Source of the DNA: Eledone cirrhosa
Taxonomy: Eukaryota
Direction: 5' to 3'
Assembly (NCBI GenBank): GCA_964016885.1
Contig: OZ024742.1
Coordinates: 40,114,001 to 40,178,000 of the forward strand
DNA length: 64,000 nt
Below the pieces are notes generated by a model that was not told the origin of the DNA, made no database searches, and saw nothing but the letters and a program-made list of their open reading frames with translations. Positions within the stretch are counted from its first letter, which is position 1. Each line of letters begins with the position of its first letter. Positions 43,901 through 53,061 of the stretch are shown here, piece after piece. A program made the position numbers and the translations under genes.

Positions 43901-44990
43901 ATATTGATCAGAGCTGATCTGAGGTTAAATATAGTCATGGTCATGACTAAAACTCTAGATCATAGGTCATATTGATCAGAGCTGATCTGGGGTTAAATAT
44001 AGCCATGGTAATGACCAGAACTCTAGATAATAGGTCATACTGATCAGAGCTGATCTGAGGTTAAATATAGCCATGGTCATGACTAAAACTCTAGATCATA
44101 GGTCATACTGATCAGAGCTTATCTGAGGTTAAATATAGTCATGGTCATGACTAAAACTCTAGATCCTAGGTCATATTGATCAAAGCTGATCTGGGATTAA
44201 ATATAGCCTTGGTCATGACTAGAACGCTAGATTATATGTCATATTGATCAGAGCTGATCTGAGGTTAAATATAGCCATGGTCATGATTAAAACTCTAGAT
44301 TATAGTTCATATTGATCAGAGCTGATCTGAGGTTAAATATAGCCATGGTCATGACTAGAACTCTAGATCATAGGTCATATTGATCAGAACTGATCTGAGG
44401 TTAAATATAGCCATGCTCATGACTAGAACTCTAGATTATAGGTCATATTGATCACAGCTGATCTGAGGTTAAATATAGCCATGGTCATGATTAAAACTCT
44501 AGATCATAGGTCATATTGATCAGAACTGATCTGTGGTTAAATATAGCCATGGTCATGACTAAACACTGATCTGTTGTTAGATATAGCCATGATCATAAAT
44601 GGAACAGCTTAGATCATAGGTCTGATTAAGCGTGGCTGATCTGGGATTAAATATTGCAACAGTCATGACTAGAACTCTTTCGATCATAGGTCTGATTGAG
44701 CACGGCTGATCTGGGATTAAATATGACAACAGTTATGACTAGAACACTTTCTATCATAGTTCTGATTGAACAAGGCTGATCTGGGGTGATATTTTATATG
44801 ACCATGACCATGACTAGAACATCTTAGATGATGGGGTCTGATTGATCAGAGCTAATATGGGGTTAAATATGGCCATGATTATGACTAGAACATCTTAGAT
44901 TATAGTCTTCTCAAGTAGGATAGTAATGACGGGAACACCTTAAATCATAGGTCAAAACTAGCAGGACTTAACTAAGACTTAACAACAACA
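1990..44990. repeat. 68-bp satellite/minisatellite array, about 620-630 copies
   Basis: Consensus GGTCATATTGATCAGAGCTGATCTGAGGTTAAATATAGCCATGGTCATGACTAAAACTCTAGATCATA repeats head-to-tail. It is homogeneous from c. 2280 to 44560 and divergent at both edges. It includes 58-bp (10-bp deletion) and 69-bp variants, and the ORF track shows no ORFs here. Confidence 0.98.
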
Positions 44991-45135
44991 ATGACGACGA
45001 CATGATGGAAGGTGTGAGTCTAACAAGCAAGGGAACGCATTTTTTACTTGGGCTTCAACAACTTTGGTATGATTAGAATCTTGTATGTTCTCTCTCGACT
45101 CTCCCTCCTATCTTACAAACAAACAAACAAGCACA

Positions 45136-45137
<2 letters not shown>

Positions 45138-45192
<55 letters not shown>
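45138..45192. repeat. (CA)n microsatellite
   Basis: Directly visible. Confidence 0.95.
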
Positions 45193-45194
<2 letters not shown>

Positions 45195-45300
45195 TCTCTC
45201 ACTCTATTTTTCTTTCCATCTTTCTCAGCCAGTTTTCCCATTCTCTCCCTTCTCTTCAAATCAATTTATCGTCCTTCTCTCTCTCCCCTTTCCACACCAG

Positions 45301-45351
45301 TCTGTGTTTACACAACATCAGTGAATATGCCGACTAAATCAACTGCTACTG
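45301..45351 (+). CDS. Candidate 51-nt internal exon (phase 1-1), Thr/Ser-rich peptide xCVYTTSVNMPTKSTAT
   Basis: A long polypyrimidine tract ending CACCAG at 45300 precedes it, and a G|GTAAGT donor follows at 45352. The length is a multiple of 3 with an open frame. No homology was recognised. Confidence 0.4.
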
Positions 45352-46145
45352 GTAAGTTTGTCAATTAGTTATTCTCTCTCTAGAGGTTATGACTACCAAA
45401 TTTGTTTCAAAGCAAAACCAGAAATATATTCTCGAATAGATTTGATTAATTCATATGTTTTATGGTGCTATGCAATATTGCCCGAACCAGACAAGTGACA
45501 TTGATATTCAAATCACAGGTACTCTCATACAAAAACAATTACAGAATGGGTGCTTACATCAATACCGGCACAGAAATAACAGCTATGTGGTTAAGACGTT
45601 CGCTAATACATTGCATTAAAACACAACGAACTCATATATTTGAAGCATATATTTCATATTATGCTACAAAGTTAACGGTCTCTATAGATCTAACACAGCT
45701 AAGTAGAAATGGAATATTTTACAGCTTATAGCTTTTTATGTCTTTTCTCATAACATTCATCATATTGTGTTCTACGTGTTTGTTGTTTACCAGAGTTTTA
45801 TTAACTCTTGACATCCTGTACATAAAACCACATTAGCAAGAGATCCTTGAAAAGTAGAAAACAGTGATATGACTGCAGCATATTGAAAAGAAAAATATGA
45901 CTCTAGCATTGAATTTTCACAACGATCTCTTCCCTAGTAAATATACTATACGCCTTTGTATTAACAAATCCATTTAAAAATATTCTCTGGTAAATCGTTA
46001 CAGGATATTAAGTCATAAAAGTCAAGTTATTCTGTAGATTCTCCTGTGTGTTTATACGATCGTCACACAGTTTCTGATCATGGTTGCGAGAATGAGTACT
46101 CAATGCTATAGTAGATATTAGTAAATATTATTTTTATTTATGTAG

Positions 46146-46261
46146 AGTCAGTCACCTGTTATTCTGGAGTTTCTGTTGTGTGTTTACAGGGTCATCGGAA
46201 ACTATCTAATGGCCCTCTAAACAACATACAGAAGAAACTTCCGAGAAACAGTCCACTGACT
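46146..46261. repeat. Imperfect inverted repeat (about 115-bp hairpin)
   Basis: Nested pairings AGTCAGT/ACTGACT, CTGTT/AACAG, AGTTTCT/AGAAACT, TGTTTA/TAAACA and AGGGTCAT/ATGGCCCT. Confidence 0.6.
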
Positions 46262-46279
46262 TGACGATAATAAAATTGA

Positions 46280-46319
46280 GTGTGTGTGTGTGTGTGTATC
46301 TGTGAGAGAGAGAGAGAGA

Positions 46320-46398
<79 letters not shown>
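46280..46398. repeat. (GT)n-(GA)n microsatellite
   Basis: Directly visible. Confidence 0.95.
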
Positions 46399-46405
<7 letters not shown>

Positions 46406-46529
46406 ATTAGTGTGAATAATAATGCCAAAAATGAAGAGTTATACTATATTTATTGAAGCTATCACCTCATGTATTGTAACTCAGTTTCACATCTCTGATT
46501 CAGACAAAATATAAAAACTGCTACAAAAA

Positions 46530-46850
46530 ACTTTCGCTTCATCGTGTCTCTAACTGCAGTTTCTGAAACAATAGTAATGATCCAAATAAATTAAGACAAT
46601 CAATACAGCTAAGATAAGACTACCCAATATAGCAAACATCAAACTAGAGAAGCATTTAAGTATAGTTTAACTTATGGCCAAATCTCCAGGTTAGGGCTGG
46701 GAGGATACAAGCTAGACACATTAATATAAGAAAGTTTCTCTCGTATCAGATCCTTAACTGCAGTTAAGGATCTGATATGAGCGATAATTGTAGCTATCTT
46801 TTCATTGAGGTGTCAAGTATATTAGTGGCAAATAACCTTCTGTATTATAT
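46530..46850. mobile_element. Rearranged PLE pseudo-LTR fragments (family of 47660-47925), head-to-head at 46760/46761
   Basis: The minus strand carries TTCAGAAACTGCAGTTAG and TAGCTTGTATCC..CATAAGTTAAACTAT. The plus strand carries ATCTT.TCATTGAG.TGTCAAGTATATTA. All of these also occur at 47740-47900. Confidence 0.65.
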
Positions 46851-47051
46851 TTACTACTCCTTACTTGTTGAGTTGTTATAGAAGGGTTTTATGGGTGCTA
46901 TTTTTAACATCATTACATAGCTGTCATATTGTCTTGATATACAGATATTCATTTAGTAGTCGAACGACGCACGTGTCTTATTGAACGCACTATGCTCTTT
47001 CAATAAATACAAAGTCTTTATACTATCTATTGAATATTATTATCTACTTTC

Positions 47052-47199
47052 AAGTAGAAAATAATTATTTCTACTTTTGGCACAAGGCCAGAAATTACCC
47101 CAGTGCATTACTGGTACTTTATTTTATCGACCCCATAAGGATGAAAAGCAAAGTTAACCTCGGCGGGATTTGAATTCAGATCATAAAGGGCCGTAACTC
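47052..47199 (-). mobile_element. tRNA-type SINE, partial inverted copy
   Basis: Reverse complement of c. 47272-47419, with B-box-like GAATTCAAATCCCGCC and the core GCTTTTCATCCTT..GGGGTCGATAAAATAAAGTACCAG. Confidence 0.85.
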
Positions 47200-47224
47200 A
47201 AAATAATATTCAATAGATAGTATA

Positions 47225-47420
47225 CGATTGGCAGTATCAGTAGAAGGTCGGATGCCATGCTTTGCAGCATAGAGTTACGGCCTTTTATGATCTGAGTTCA
47301 AATCCCGTCGAGGTTAACTTTTCCTTTCAACGTTATGGGGTCGATAAAATAAAGTACCAGTAATGCACTGGAATAATTGCTGGCCTTGTACCAAAAGTAG
47401 AAACAATTATTTTCTACTTT
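47225..47420 (+). mobile_element. tRNA-type SINE (Octopus-like), internally deleted
   Basis: Head TGGCAGTATCAGTAGA, B-box GAGTTCAAATCCCG, core GGGGTCGATAAAATAAAGTACCAG, tail GGCCTTGTACCAAAAGTAGAAAC. Confidence 0.85.
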
Positions 47421-47424
47421 CAAG

Positions 47425-47649
47425 GGCGGTGGATTAGCAGTATCGGTAGAGCGTCGGACAACATGCTTTGCAGCATATTGTTACGGCCCTTTACGTTCTG
47501 AATTCAAATCCCGCCGAGATTAGCTTTGCCTTTCATCCTTACACGGTCGATAAAATAAAGTACCAGTAATACACTGGGGTATCGCTTTATTCGACTTATC
47601 CCCGTCCCTTCAAATTACTGGCCTTGTGCTAAATGTAGAAACTATTATT
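47425..47649 (+). mobile_element. tRNA-type SINE, near full length (about 225 bp)
   Basis: GGCGGTGGATTAGCAGTATCGGTAGAGCG head, B-box, TTTGCCTTTCATCCTT core and ATT-rich tail. Same family as 54345-54790. Confidence 0.9.
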
Positions 47650-47659
47650 CTTTATTTCC

Positions 47660-47925
47660 AAAGAATCCCTCAGATGATGGAATTTCTTCCAATATTGGTT
47701 ATCTTAATTTATTGGGATAATTAATATTGTTTATTAATTTCAGAAACTGCAGTTAGGGACAAACTAATATAAGAGAGTGAAGCTCTGTTATATTAGTTTG
47801 TGTAGCTTGTATCCCACCAATGAAGATGTTGGCATAAGTTAAACTATGTTGAGAATTTTATAATTTGATAATCTTGTCATTGAGATGTCAAGTATATTAA
47901 TGACTAATCAGTTTCTGTTTTATAT
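47660..47925 (+). mobile_element. PLE pseudo-LTR remnant
   Basis: Begins with a hammerhead motif, is homologous to 46530-46850 and ends in (TA)n at 47921-47930. Confidence 0.65.
47666..47759 (+). ncRNA. Type I hammerhead ribozyme with 65-nt stem II and variant core CAGAUGA
   Basis: Stem I TCCCT/AGGGA; core CAGATGA 47671-47677; long hairpin 47678-47742; GAAA 47743-47746; palindromic stem III AACTGCAGTT; GUU triplet. Confidence 0.7.
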
Positions 47926-48158
47926 ATATACTAGTTGCTCGGGTTTGTTCATTTGCTATGAAAAGTTACATACAGGTAAACGTGGCTTGAAAGCGAATAA
48001 GCTTATCAATTAAGTGCATAAAGCAGTTGAACCGGTTATTAAAAGTTACGAACCAATTAACATTTTGGACAATCAATGATGGGTTAATAATCTTCCAATA
48101 GCGAATTTAGCAGACCAAAGTTACAAAATGGTGGCCTTGATGCCGCTGGGTGTCACAT

Positions 48159-48211
48159 CTGTCCGCCATGGGTGACCCTACCAGGAAATAGTTTTCCAGA
48201 CGGCATAGCTC
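48159..48211 (-). mobile_element. RTE-clade LINE 5' UTR-like fragment inside the Helitron 3' UTR
   Basis: GAGCTATGCCGTCTGG...CCTGGTAGGGTCACCCATGGCGGACAG resembles the 5' UTR motif of RTE/BovB/Expander elements. Recognised from memory, not searched. Confidence 0.5.
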
Positions 48212-48238
48212 CAACACCTCCAACACCTGCACCAACAT

Positions 48239-48331
48239 CTATAGCACCTCTTTGTAGACGATATTGCGTGTCTTCCCTTGAGGAGTGTAAGCAGAAAGTC
48301 CATTCCTGCTGCCTACGCGGGAACAGGCAAC
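48239..48331 (-). pseudogene. Helitron Pif1-type helicase C-terminus
   Basis: Translates to VACSRVGSRNGLSAYTPQGKTRNIVYKEVL*, matching SF1 motif VI (Y)VA.SRV and the Helitron terminal T.NIVY.EVL. Absent from the ORF track. Confidence 0.92.
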
Positions 48332-48332
48332 A

Positions 48333-48810
48333 TGTGTGTGTGTGGATGCTACATTATTCGAGGTTGGCGTCTACACCGCTCGCCCGATCTCGCTCAAATT
48401 TGCATACATCACTCCTCATGACCCTTTACATTGCTTAGGCTACTTTGTTTTTTGATAGGTTCCCCCCAGGGGCCCGTAATCCACCTTTTTGTCTATTTGG
48501 GGTGAAATCGGGAGATGAGGTTGCATTTTATGAACGCGTGAAAAATTTTTCCTTTTGAGTTTTTTTACCCGGTTTTTTGCTAATATGGGTAGAAAAGAGT
48601 CTAAATTTTGTTGACGTGCTCGAATCATTTTGAAATTCGGTCGAGAGTGAAGCTCGAGGTCGAATCTCCACTTCGTATATAGAGAGACAGGAATAACAGG
48701 TCTTATAGTAACATTACCTTCCTCTTCCCCCTTCTTTAGAGAGAGAGAGAGGAAGATAGAGAGAGAAGTTTTGGGTGTCACAGAAATATTACATTCCCCT
48801 CTCCATTTTG
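48333..48810 (+). repeat. Inverted duplicate of the Helitron 5' region (50067-50551)
   Basis: About 480-bp reverse-complement match with roughly ten substitutions and a poly-G length difference. Confidence 0.95.
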
Positions 48811-49421
48811 AGGATTTGATGTTCTGCGGCACGGGAGGCGGCGGTGGATACAGCGTTCTGGGACCTTCGTATGGCTGTCTGTATCTCGGTCTGGGATGCT
48901 CTGGCAGCTGCGGTGGAGTCGGAGTCCTTGAACCTTCGGATGGCTGTCTGTATCTCGGTCTGGGATGCTCTAGCAGCTGCCTTGGAGGCGGAGTCCTTGG
49001 ACCTTCGGATGGCTGTCTCCTGGTCGGTTTCTGCGGCACGGGAGGCCGTGGTTGAAGCAGCGTTCTTTGACCGTCTGGTGGCTGTTTGCTGTTTAGTTTC
49101 GGAGGCCCTTGCAGCAGCAGTAGTTGCAGCATTCATAGCCCTACGAAGAGCTCTTTGGCTGTCACTCTCTGCTGCCCTAGAGGCGGCTGTTGCAACTGCA
49201 TTCCGACAATTACGAATGGCATGATTCGAAGCGGTAACCGTAGATAGAGAGGCGCTGGGTTGGGCTGTGCTAGGGGTACTTAAGTTTGAAAGCGATGTAA
49301 CAGGGGTTTGTGGCCAAAAATGCAGTCCGGCATCCGTAGACTGCTCATTCAATCGCCTCTTTTTTGAAACAACAGACGATGTTTTCCTACGGCTAAGGGT
49401 ACTCTTTCTTTTCAGTGGCAT
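48789..49421 (-). CDS. Truncated Helitron RepHel N-terminus with five 23-aa STPR-like repeats (210-aa ORF)
   Basis: ATG in CAACCATG context; basic NLS-like MPLKRKS..RRK..KKRR; five exact 23-aa units RAxE/QTxxxxAxRRxxx (69-bp period, 49178-48822). The last 10 aa derive from the junction sequence. Confidence 0.75.
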   Translation of the reverse strand: MPLKRKSTLSRRKTSSVVSKKRRLNEQSTDAGLHFWPQTPVTSLSNLSTPSTAQPSASLSTVTASNHAIRNCRNAVATAASRAAESDSQRALRRAMNAATTAAARASETKQQTATRRSKNAASTTASRAAETDQETAIRRSKDSASKAAARASQTEIQTAIRRFKDSDSTAAARASQTEIQTAIRRSQNAVSTAASRAAEHQILKMERGM

Positions 49422-50571
49422 GGTTGCAATAGTACAGTAAACAGTAAAGGGGAAGCAGGTTTAGAGCAAAGCAAAAAAGCGAAGGTGATAAGCAGTATTT
49501 TGGGGAAGGTAAAAAAAAGTGACAAATTGTTACAATTTTAAGCAAGAAAAAAGTAAACAAAAAACGTACTGGGAATGGCAAAGTCCGAAAGCGAGGTCAC
49601 AAAATGTAATGCAGTGAGAGTGAAGCACACGTCTACACAGTAGCCTAACCAAGTAGCAAGTGTAGCGTTTGAAAACCAAAGCTTTGCAGGGCACTCAAAT
49701 CAACGATAAGAGTCTGCAGAATTTTTTGATAGCAGTCTTGCCAAAACAGAATAAAAGCTGCCACTTCCAGCCGTACAGGAAATTTTTTTTTTGATTCAAG
49801 GCGAAAATTTGTCCACTTCTCGACCGAAAGAAAGCAAAAACTGACTCAACTGGTGCCAGGTGGTCAGAACTGGCAGGAACTGGTTTGTGTCACGTGAAGC
49901 TGTAACTATAGCAACAATGGTTCCCTCGGTCTCAAAGACCAAAGTAAGTGGAGAGGGGAAGGTAATGTTACTGTAACACCAACGTCTCTCTCTATATTCC
50001 TCGCTCAATAAAAAAGGGGGAGGGGGAAGGTAATGTTACTATAGCAACAGTGGTTCGCTCACTGACCAAAGTGGAGAGGGGAATGTAATATTTCTGTGAC
50101 ACCCAAAACTTCTCTCTCTATCTTCCTCTTTCTCTCTCTAAAGAAGGGGGAAGGGGAAGGTAATGTTACTATAAGACCTGTTATTCCTGTCTCTCTATAT
50201 ACGAAGTGGAGATTCGACCTCGAGCTTCACTCTCGACCGAATTTCAAAATGATTCGAGCACGTCAACAAAATTTAGATTCTTTTCTACCCATATTAGCAA
50301 AAAACCGGGTCAAAAAACTCAAAAGGAAAAATGTTTCACGCGTTCATAAAATGCAACCTCATCTCCCAATTTCACCCAAAATAGACAAAAAGGTGGATTG
50401 CGGGCCCCTGGGGGGGGGGGGGGGGCTATAAAAAAACAAAGTAGCCTAAGCAATGTAAAGGGTCATGAGGAGTGATGTATGCAAATTTGAGCGAGATCGG
50501 GCGAGCGGTGTAGACGCCAACCTCGAATAATGTAGCATCCACACACACACAGACAAACACACATCCTCTGT

Positions 50572-50772
<201 letters not shown>

Positions 50773-50925
50773 GATAGTTGTGCAAAAAGGCGTAGAGCGC
50801 TCAGAATTGATGGAAGCTATAGAGTGGACAGGCCTAGGAAGGTTTGGGATGAGATGATAAGAGCTGACCTTACACAATTGCACCTCTCTGGCGCTATGCA
50901 GTAATACAGAAGACCCGCCGTCTCA
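50773..50925 (+). mobile_element. RTE-clade LINE 3' end fragment
   Basis: Translates to [33 protein letters not shown], then WRYAVIQKT in a shifted frame. This fits the RTE G.R..GRPRK.W...I..DL....WR motif. Confidence 0.7.
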
Positions 50926-51074
50926 TATGCAGGAGTTGAGGTATGCATCTAGTATGCATCACCTTCCCTCACATCACCCACTTCCCATACACCTGCCATG
51001 TTGTAATAACCCTACGCTATATCTACTTGCCCAATTCACCATGCATCCCCCCTCCTCACCCAAGTCCCCAATAT

Positions 51075-51215
51075 ATACCATAAAGTGGTCATCCTGGAGC
51101 CATGACAATGAACACCCAGTCCACACTGGAAAGTGGTTGTGTAGATGTCATGACATAAAGCACCCCAGCCCACACTGTAAAGTGGACGTGTAGGTGTCAC
51201 GACCAAAAGCAGGTG
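51075..51215 (+). mobile_element. Degenerate tandem SINE-type subrepeats (CACCCAGT.CACACTGTAAAGTGG)
   Basis: Three or four copies of about 46 bp; the same motif recurs at 57350-57990. Confidence 0.6.
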
Positions 51216-51457
51216 GTATTACAACAAGGTGCATTACTTTCAGGTTTACTTGAAACTCTACATTTTTCCCGGTCATTACTGCTACCATGGTATCAAAACC
51301 AACAGTCATTATATTCTAGATCTACTTCCTTTAGAAAATACTCCACTTTGTGGGAAACATCTTCATCAGTTGTACGAACACCTAATGATTGAGAAACTAA
51401 GTTCTCAATCACACATTGTTTTCATAAGCACATCTCACGTATAACAATAATTAAGCC

Positions 51458-51680
51458 TTCTTCTTCTTCTTCTTCTTCTTCTTCTTCTTCTTCTTCTTCT
51501 TCTTCTTCTTCTTCTTCTCCCTGGGAAGGTCGCGGGGGCAGAGTTCTGTCAGAAGCAACCGTCTCCAACTGATCCAGCTAGATCTCATTCTGGAGTCACG
51601 GGATATGCAACCTTTGTGCTTCCATGGCACGCTTCCCAGGGCAAGCCGCAGGTCCATCGCCAGTTCTTTTGTAATATCAA
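51458..51680 (-). mobile_element. Probable LINE (RTE-like) 3' end with (GAA)n tail
   Basis: The minus strand gives the fragments PGKR..HG and DQLETVASDRT, followed by about 20 GAA units (51458-51517). Confidence 0.45.
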
Positions 51681-52059
51681 TAGATTCATCCAACTAAATC
51701 ACAAATTTAGCAAGAATCACACGTCAAAATTTTTTATTTTTTGAACGGGAAGGAACAATACATTGGATAATGTAATCCTTGATACACTGTGACTGAACAA
51801 AAAAGTCGGTTTGGTAATTGATAAAATGTCTTTGATAAAAGGTTTACTCGTTTTGTACTTACACTCGCAAAGCAACAACAACAACATCAACATGATATAT
51901 AGTCTTGTAAGTCACACCATTCCAGCTTTATGCTCTGAGGGAGTGCGCCCTTTTCCCCTTCTATATTGTGTAATAGAATCTACACTGTATATAACGAAAC
52001 ATGACATATCTATAGTCGAAGGTAACTGACAGATAACCTATACAAAGAATTTCTAAATC

Positions 52060-52575
<516 letters not shown>

Positions 52576-52989
52576 ATCAACTTATAGTAACATATAAGTA
52601 TTGATTTGCCTTTTTTCACAACCCCACATCTATGAAAAAGGGCACACCATATATCGACTGAATAGGCTCTATGTAAAAGGCAATAAAAAAAAGACAAGTT
52701 TCGATCAAAAGTGTTGGTGGTCTGCGTCAGCAAAATTTATAAACTGAAGTTTGTGAGATTCGATAAGTTCATATGCTGCGGTGAAAAGATACTGATGTGG
52801 GGGAGGAGCTCTTCACTTGAGTTGAGTTTGTGCGTATGTCTGCACGTGATTACATGGGCATTGATACGGTATGATATGGTATGGTCCCGTAACTCCCGAT
52901 AGAGACGTTTCTTGGGCATTTTAAGCCCTTCGGAGTCCATTCCTCTCCAGACCTGAGTACGGCAGATTTCTTCCAGAGAAATATAGAAA

Positions 52990-53060
<71 letters not shown>
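52990..53060. repeat. (GT)n-(GA)n microsatellite
   Basis: Directly visible. Confidence 0.95.
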
Positions 53061-53061
53061 G

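Noticed and set aside
1990-44990. CRISPR array or coding tandem repeat
   Set aside because: There are no unique spacers, the monomers are contiguous, 68 bp is not a multiple of 3, no ORFs are present and the context is eukaryotic.
1990-44990. Ribozyme-containing satellite (newt or schistosome type)
   Set aside because: Neither strand of the consensus monomer has CTGANGA together with GAAA.
46547-46650. Additional hammerhead on the minus strand
   Set aside because: It has GAAACTGCAGTT and part of stem II but no CUGANGA core, so it is truncated.
47425-47520. tRNA gene
   Set aside because: The A/B-box-like motifs are SINE heads continuing into SINE body, with no intact cloverleaf.
48440-49224. 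Pro-rich 230-aa ORF and antisense 94/126-aa ORFs
   Set aside because: They are alternative frames of the 69-bp STPR-like repeats running into the non-coding inverted leader.
48333-50551. Novel long-TIR transposon with cargo gene
   Set aside because: No TSD is present, and the helicase C-terminus and CTAG end lie outside the left arm. It is better explained as an internal Helitron inversion.
52737-52980. Possible RTE-like C-terminal remnant (EEICRTQVWRGM..)
   Set aside because: The resemblance is too weak to call without a profile search.
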